Shown here piece by piece: positions 9,396 to 16,481 of a DNA stretch of 16,481 nt. Under the pieces are notes generated by a model. It was not told the DNA's origin, did not search any database, and worked only from the letters and a program-made list of their open reading frames with translations. How positions within the stretch are numbered: the first letter of the stretch is position 1; each line of letters starts with the position of its first letter. The stretch is from Geosiphon pyriformis uo1. Lineage: Eukaryota > Fungi > Glomeromycota. Position numbers and translations under genes: made by a program. Location: assembly GCA_016748015.1 (NCBI GenBank), contig JAAOMT010000362.1, positions 1 through 16,481 of the forward strand, read 5' to 3'.

Positions 9396-10933
9396 CCAAA
9401 TATGGAGTTTTGGATTTTCTCAAATTTTGATTGTAACAATTGCTTAGATAAATGGCCTAGAAAGAAGAAAATTTTTTAAAGTTTTGGTTTTATTGCAATG
9501 AAAAAAATTTGGTTGGTATTTGGTTTTTTCTTAAAAATAGATGGCTTCAATCTTTAGATCAGGATAGTGATGATATGATAACATGATAACATATAACATG
9601 TAATATTAATATTGATTTTTTGCAACATGTGTCATATTATAAAAACGCTTATAAAAAACTGCTAGATTTAAAATCAATTTAGAGAAAAAAACAAAATTTA
9701 ATTTTATTGTAGAAATATAGGAATATTATCCATAGATTAGAAGATTTTTAGATGTAAAAGATTTATTGTTTAACCATCAGATATTTTTTAGAACAAGAAA
9801 GTATTTTGAGCTTTGAATTCTTATAAAATAAACTTTTGCATTTATGGTTAATTTTTATATTCTCTATTTGTAAATATTACAAATAATAATAAATCAATAA
9901 TATATTAATTAATGATATATTAAAATGTTTAATCAAAATTAAATTAGCTTTAGAATATATTTTTAGTTTTGAAAATTTAAATGTTCATATATTCATTACA
10001 TTTGAATTAATTAAATTGTTAATTTGTTTCAGCTCATTGCAAAATATTTTGTTTTAATTTTTTCTGAAAAATTTGTAAAATAATAATAATAATTTTTATT
10101 CGAAAATACTATTGTGAAAATTTCTAGACAAATAATTTTAATATCTTTACAAGCAAGTAATTTTTAAAACAAAAAACCAAATTTAATTGTACATATATAA
10201 AATAAACAAAAAAAAATTTTAAATATTGATAATTTATTCTTCACCCTAAATTTTTTGAAATTAATAGGTAAATTTTCAAGATAAAAATTTTTTATTAATT
10301 TGACCAAGTTGATAACAACTTTCTTATAACCATTTATTTTTTTATTATAAATAGTTATTTAATAAAACTTTATTATTATTTTCTTTTTAATTCATAAATA
10401 ACTAGTTTTATTATATATTAACTGTTTTTAAATCATTTGTAAGTTTTATTGTTAGTATTATTTAAAGTTGTATTTTCTTTCTAATTTAGTTAAAATTTAT
10501 CTTTTTAAATTATGTAGATTCCACTAACAGCCCTTTTAAATCCAACTTATATTTTACCAAAAAAGCTAAAAAATCATTATTATGTTTTATAAACCAATAT
10601 TATCCCAAAATAACATTAATATTTGTTTATTAGCTATTTTTAAGATGTTCACTTTCACATTTTTGTATTTAAATACACATATATATTAAGTTTATTATTA
10701 ATATTTTATTCTTAAATTTTCCAATTTATGTTTTTAATTGAAATATAATCCATATTTATAAATTTAAAATACAACTAAGTAATAGAATCATTGACATTAA
10801 TGAAAAATAATATACGTCATTAATACACAAACTGCATTTCTGCATGAGAATTTTATTTGTGCATAAAAAAAAATAGGTGCCTGTTGATTGTTTCATTGAA
10901 TTATCAATATTTTTGACTTTATATATCTTACTA

Positions 10934-12423
10934 ATGGCATCTAAACAACTCTTTCTTGCTTTATCTTACGATTTCAAGAACTTACTTAATAATTGGAATT
11001 TCTCTGACTTTAGAATTCTCATCAGTAAAGTGCCTAATACTAGAACCTTTCATGCTCATACACAAATTTTAGCAGCGAGATCATTATATTTTGCTAAAGC
11101 TCTCTCTAATGATAGTGTTAAGAGAGAAAATAATAATATTATTCTCGCTAACACTAATATATCAGCCAGAATTTTCGAGGTGATTCTTAGGTAAGTGTAT
11201 TAGTTTCTTTAAAAGTTTTTAATAATAATGGTCACTTATTTTATTTTTTGGATAGATATATTTATAATGGCGAAATTTCACTTAAAGAATATAGAATACT
11301 TACAATCTTGGAATTGCTGATTGCTGCTGATGAGCTTATTTTGAAAAATCTTATTGACTACTTGCAAGATTATCTTATTGAAAATCATACAAAAGAGCTA
11401 GAAAAAAACTTTGCCTCTTTGCATAAAACATCATTTACTCATGATTCATTCAAAAAGCTACAAGAATTCTGCTTCCAAATAGCTGCTACCAATTCAACTC
11501 TAATTTTTAAATCCCAAGATTTCACCTCCCTCAATAAAAGTTTTCTTTCTTCAATTTTATCATGAGATGATCTTAAGATGGATGAATCAGAAATATGGAA
11601 AAAGGTTGTGGAATGGGGAGTTGCTAAATTGGGTAATAATATTAAGCCAAAAAAAATTGTAAAATAGACAGATGAAAATTTTGACATCTTTAAAGAATCA
11701 ATCAAAGAGCTTCTACCTTTGATCTAGTTCTTTCATATATCTTCAGTTGACTTCTATAACAAAGTGAAGCCATTTGGGAGAATTCTACCCGGAACTTTGT
11801 ATGAAGATTTTTTACATCATTATCTAGTACTGGGGAGTCATCAAAATTTAGTAGATGCTCAGCCATTCCGAACAATTGCATCAAAGCTTTTTTAGTCACA
11901 TAATATGAGGCAGTTTGATCACTGGATTCAGGGCAAAGATGAAAATACTCTTTTTTAAGACCAACTTGGAAATAGTTTTAATTTGTTACTTCAAAGCAGT
12001 TGAAACGAATTCACTCCAGCCAATTTTCATTGATTATGCAATAATAAAGAAGCAACAATTAGTGTTATTAAAGTGAAAGAAACCAGTCAACTGATTGGTG
12101 GGTATAACCCAGAATCTTGGCATTCTTTCCATGATTATTTAGATGGAAAAAGAAGTTTTATATTTTCACTTGGAGATAGCAAACCTAAAAATGCTAAACT
12201 TAGCAAATTTATTGGCAGCCATAGACCTTTTGGTGGCTTATGTTATGAACCTGAATTTGGCTGGTATAATCTTCATATGGAAAGTAATGATTTTCAAAAT
12301 GCGCCCGGATGCTATTGTGAAAATAATGCAGAATATGAGCATGCTATAATGCCTAATTCAGAAAATGGAAAAGTAGACTTCTTTGTCAAAAAATATGAAG
12401 TTTTTCAAATCAGAAAACTTTAA
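10934..12423 (+). pseudogene. BTB/POZ-BACK-TLDc domain protein pseudogene (copy 1); exons 10934-11190 and 11256-12423
   Basis: MASKQLFLALSYDFKNLL...SDFRI...FHAHTQILAARSLYF...IFEVILR|YIYNG...LLIAADEL (BTB); BACK-like DDLKMDESEIWKKVVEWG...LLPLI*F; TLDc FNLLLQSS*NEF...FH*LCNNK..TISVIKVK...IGGYNP..W..SFIFS...YEVFQI. One frame throughout with 7 in-frame stops (11563, 11665, 11725, 11893, 11956, 12001, 12031). Confidence 0.92.
11191..11255 (+). other. 65-nt GT-AG spliceosomal intron (phase 2) within the BTB domain
   Basis: AG|gtaagt ... ttattttttggatag|ATATATTTATAATGGC restores ILR-YIYNG; the paralog has an acceptor at the same codon position. Confidence 0.92.
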
Positions 12424-12494
12424 ACTTAGTTTATATAATCAGTCTAATGAATCCTTATATTTTTCAAAGTTTATATCAAATGGGGCTTCTTATT

Positions 12495-12546
12495 TTGGAA
12501 ATTTGCATGAGCAAAGTATTCTATAGCCTATTACTCTAAGTATAAA
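12495..12546 (+). repeat. Conserved 3' non-coding block downstream of BTB-TLDc copy 1 (inverted partner at 15136-15187)
   Basis: Exact 17-mer tattctatagcctatta at 12517-12533; reverse complement at 15149-15165; flanks partly alignable. Confidence 0.8.
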
Positions 12547-14404
12547 TAAATAACCAAATGGATATTGAATCTTATTCATGATCAAAACATTCTGAATCTG
12601 TGAAGCCTTTTTTTAAAGAACATTTCTTGGTGCTTGTAAAAAAAATAAAAATATTGCTCGTTTAACACACTTTGAGTTTACTTTTTGAAGGTTAGATATT
12701 TTCATATTTTACCACAAGTTAAACAATAAAATGCTTCAAGATCTTTTTCTTTATCGTGTGATTAATCAAATGGCATTTGAAAAATCACTTCTAGAGTTTC
12801 ATTATAGTTTTTTACTATTCAAAGTGTAAAATTAGAATAAAAAAACTTGAAAGATTTAATCACGGTTAAAAAAATAGATTTATTTTTATAGCTGCATATT
12901 TTATTATAATAAAGCCAATTCTGAACTATGATTGAAAGGTTAATAGGTAATTCTTTTAAAAGTTTTTTTTAAATCAAAGCTTAAATAAAATTTTGGATAA
13001 AAAGAGCTTTTTCTTTTACTAGCAAGAAATGATTTTTAAGCAATCAACATGCTATTCAATCAATCCTTATAATGGTTTTTATTAATCAGATTTACAATAA
13101 GTTTACTTGAACTATTATTTTAGAACAATCCATTAAATTTTTATAATTCTGAAGATTTATGGTATTCAAAAATAGCTATTTACAATAATAAGTTCAATTT
13201 CTAAAATATCTAGCATTTGAAAAGCAATAGTATTTTTAAGATTCAATTCAAGTTTATATATATAAAAAATATATTGTCAGTTTAATATTTTAGACTAAAA
13301 ATACATTCAATCATGATAGGCTTAGATTATAACAAATTATTTCACCAAGAAAAAATGGTATTTTGCTGATTTTATAAATAAACCCAAGTTAACCTGAAAT
13401 CAAGAATTTAAGTTAATTTAGAATGTGTAGTTTTAACAAAGCTTTCAAAGTTTTAGTTTAATAAATCAAGAATATTTTTATTTTAAAATCAACAAAAATA
13501 ACCTCAATATTGTAAATTAGTAAATGAATAAAAATTAAAGAAACTAGCTTTTAAATAAGATTTTAAGACAAAATTGAGCATTTTATTCTGTTTTAAAAGT
13601 TTATTAGCAATTCAAAGTTTTCAAGATGGGAAATATCTTATTTGTAAATAAGAAATTAATTTAAAACACATAAGTCGTACTGCAAAACTTTCAAAAACAT
13701 CTCTTCAATGATAGACTGCTTAAAAAAGATGCCATATTTATTTCAATTAAAAAATAATCTATTAAAATACATTGTTCCCTAAGAATATTAATCAATCATT
13801 TTTTAAGTTGATATTTCTTACATAAATATATTTTATTCTTGTATGTATAATTTTAAGGTTATTCATTATGACTAAACTTATTTTTGAATTAAATAATAAC
13901 GAGCACAAGGATAAATTTAAATGCTTATGATTTTTTCACTGCTAGAATAAAAACTTAAAATAATCTATTCAGCCATTTTTCTCCTATTATTGGCTTAATT
14001 ATTGGTCTATGACATTAATTGTTTAAATAATTTTAAATTCATTCTAATCAAGATTGATTTTTAAATCAATTATGGTTAATGGTTTTGGTAATAAAACACA
14101 AAATTGGTTTTTTAAATAGTTAAGATTAAATGTTGCACCAATTTTATGTGGGTTTGGTAATATTAAAGATTCTATTAAAATTTTACATACCAATATTATT
14201 TTTGGTGATTTATGTAATTGTAACAAGAATTGATGGAAAGTTACATAAAATGTTTATAAACTTTAACAGATTAGGAACATCTGTAAAAAATTGCGATATA
14301 CGTAGAATAGATTTAGGCCAAATAGGGTTAAAGAAAATATTTTAATGGAAACTTTTAAATTATTTCATAGAAATTCCATCATGATAAAATATTTTAAATA
14401 AATT

Positions 14405-14428
14405 ATAATAATAATAATAATAATAATA
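14405..14428. repeat. (ATA)8 microsatellite
   Basis: ataataataataataataataata. Confidence 0.85.
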
Positions 14429-15135
14429 CAATTTTATTCAAAAACATAATGTAAGTTTAAATAAAAAACTTTTATAAATTTTTATTCATAAAAATAAATA
14501 TTTACTTTAAACATAAATTGTTTCTTTGTTTATTTTTTTTCATCTACAAAATTGTCTATGTTGCAATAAATTTCTATTTAAATGTTTAATTATCTTAGCA
14601 AAGGTATATTATTGCCATGCAATATTATTTTTTGGATACAATGGTTATTTTTTTTCTTTCATGTCTCAGAATATAATGTATAAAAAGTATTTTACCTTTA
14701 GCCATAAAAATTGAAAAAATTCTTCATTTCGAGTGCAATATTATAAAATAGATTGGATTAATTAAATATATTAAGATAACCTCCGAGTTTTGAGAACTTT
14801 TACTAGTAGATTTGTATGATGAATTTATTTTTGTAAAATGCGAACTCAAGGTTTTGAGAGAACAGAGCAAAAAGTAATTTCAATTACTCTTTTTTAAATA
14901 TAGGAAAAACAAGAAGAAATTTTCTGCCCAGTAAGAAACTAAACCCCTATTTAAAAGTTGTAATTTTGAATAATGGGAAAAAGCAACTATGCATTGAAAA
15001 GTCATATTTCTAAAGCTATTTAGCTAAAAATGTTTTATTGTTCTAGCCTGTGATAAGGCCTAAAAATTAAAAGATCAATTTTTATCAATATAACATTTAA
15101 GTTCTAAAGTATTTTTGATGTTTAAGATAAATCAA

Positions 15136-15187
15136 ATTATACTCAAAATAATAGGCTATAGAATATTCTGCCAGTGAAAATTTCTAA
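15136..15187 (-). repeat. Conserved 3' non-coding block downstream of BTB-TLDc copy 2
   Basis: Minus strand ttagaaattttcactggcagaatattctatagcctattattttgagtataat aligns with ttggaaatttgcatgagcaaagtattctatagcctattactctaagtataaa at 12495-12546. Confidence 0.8.
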
Positions 15188-15233
15188 GAGTGTAGAGTCA
15201 ATAAATATATACTCAAATTGAATAAAAGCGAAT

Positions 15234-16414
15234 TTATCTTTTTATAATTTGAAAAACTTCATACTCCTCAAAAAAGAAATTCACCTTTTCATTTTCTGAT
15301 CCAGGCATTATAGTATGCTCATAATCTGTTGTCTTTTTACAATGGCAGCCTAAACTACTTTTAAAGTCATTGCCATTTAAACGAATATAACTATATCCAA
15401 AATGGGGTCCATATATTGACCCACCATAAGGTCCATAACTGGCCAACAAATTTGCTAAGTTTAGCATTTTCAGCTTTGCCATCTCCAAGGGAAAAAACAA
15501 AACTTCCTTTTCCCTCCAACCAATCATTCCTAAAATGCCACGATTGTGGGCTATAGCCACCAATTAGCTGACCAATTCCTTTCACTTTGATTATGCTAAC
15601 TGTCGCTCCTTTATCATCACATAATCGATGAAAATCTGCTGGAGTGAATCTGTCTCGACTGCCTCGAAGTAACAATTTAAAATCGCTGCCAAATTGATCT
15701 TCGAAAGGAGTATTTTTGTCTTTGCCTTGAATCCAATGATCAAGCTGTTTTACATTATGCCATTGAAGAAGCTTTGAATCAATATTTAATTGAGAACAAC
15801 GCAATGGCTGAGCGTCTACAGACTCTTGATGACTACCCAGTACGAGATAATGATGTAAAAGATCTTGATATAAAGTTCCAGGTAAGATTCTCGCAAATGG
15901 TTTTACTTTGTGATAAAAGTCAACTGAAGATATGTTAAAGAACCGGATTAAAGGTAAAAGTCTTTCAATAGATTCCTTAAAGACATTAAAGTTTTCATCT
16001 TTCCAGTAAAGAACTTTTTCCATCTAAATATTGTTATCCAATTTAGCAACTCCCCATTCCACAACTTTTTCCCATATTTCAGATTCTTCTATATTTAGGT
16101 CATCCCAGCTTAAAATTGAGGAAAGAGTATTTTCACTAAGGGAAGTAAAATCTTGAGAGTTGAAGACTATAGCTGGATTGTTTGCAGCTATTTTGGTGCA
16201 AAATTTTTGTAACTTTTTGAAAGAATCATGCATAAATGAAGTTTTCTGCAAAATGGCGAAATTTTTTTCTAGCTCTTTTGCATGATGTTTAATCAAATAG
16301 TCTTCAAGGAGATCAATAAGATTCTCTAGAATAAGTTCATCAGCGGTAACAAGAAATTCTAAAATAGTAGACACTCCATGTTTATCAAGAGAGATCTCAC
16401 CGTTATAAATATAT
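15234..16414 (-). pseudogene. BTB/POZ-BACK-TLDc domain protein, copy 2, exon 2 (exon 1 outside window); one in-frame stop and one frameshift
   Basis: Starts (R)YIYNGEISLDKHGVSTILEFLVTADEL after the acceptor. ORFs 16024-16374 and 15391-16023 are one frame split by TAG (16026-16024). Intact TLDc FKLLLRGSRD.FTPADFHRLCDDKGATV..IKVKG..QLIGGYSP. A 1-nt insertion at ~15441 moves the C-terminus (SYGPYGG..YGPHFG...EEYEVFQIIKR*) into ORF 15234-15563. Confidence 0.9.
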
Positions 16415-16481
16415 CTGTACAGAAAAATAAAATATATGAATTTATATTGGCCAAAATACTTTGAAGCAAATAAAAACCCTT
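16415..16481 (-). other. 3' part of intron 1 of BTB-TLDc copy 2 (donor outside window)
   Basis: Minus strand ...ttttatttttctgtacag|ATATATTTATAACGGT, same position and phase as the copy 1 intron. Confidence 0.85.

Noticed and set aside
10790-10865. Promoter-like motifs (acgtcat, three tgcat) upstream of BTB copy 1
   Set aside because: Too short to separate from chance; the paralog promoter is outside the window.
10877-10933. GTG start of ORF 10877-11194
   Set aside because: Eukaryotic gene; ATG 10934 matches the usual N-terminus of this family.
11439-12349. ORFs 11439-11705 (-), 11702-11899 (-), 12143-12349 (+)
   Set aside because: Antisense or alternate-frame shadows of BTB-TLDc copy 1.
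553-12423. Alternative genetic code (stop reassignment; mitochondrial or Mollicutes endobacterial origin)
   Set aside because: All three stops occur, replacing Trp, Gln and Arg; catalytic residues are also mutated, indels exist and spliceosomal introns are present, so this is decay, not recoding.
14044-14714. ORFs 14044-14226, 14130-14345, 14526-14714
   Set aside because: Short, composition driven by AT richness, no recognisable motif; a degraded gene cannot be excluded.

Overview
Very AT-rich eukaryotic nuclear DNA with short spliceosomal introns. Gene content and style point to a Glomeromycotina fungus; the retroelement resembles Geosiphon-type repeats, from recall only. No intact gene is visible. 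(1) ~553-6505 (+): a heavily decayed Ty3/Gypsy retrotransposon with the order long-N-terminus Gag, CCHC knuckle, Q/N/Y/P-rich linker, aspartic protease, ~300-codon Cys-rich unknown domain, dUTPase, RT, RNase H, start of integrase. (2) ~6506-7894 (-): a four-exon Myb/SANT-like (PIF/Harbinger accessory-type) pseudogene fused directly to the broken integrase. (3) ~7900-10900: AT-rich desert. (4) Two convergent BTB/POZ-BACK-TLDc paralogs (10934-12423 +; 15234 to beyond 16481 -), both disrupted, sharing a conserved 3' non-coding block. Most substitution lesions I could polarise are C>T or G>A changes in several dinucleotide contexts, suggesting a RIP-like or methylation-deamination process acting on repeats and duplicated genes. 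All translations and alignments were done by eye.
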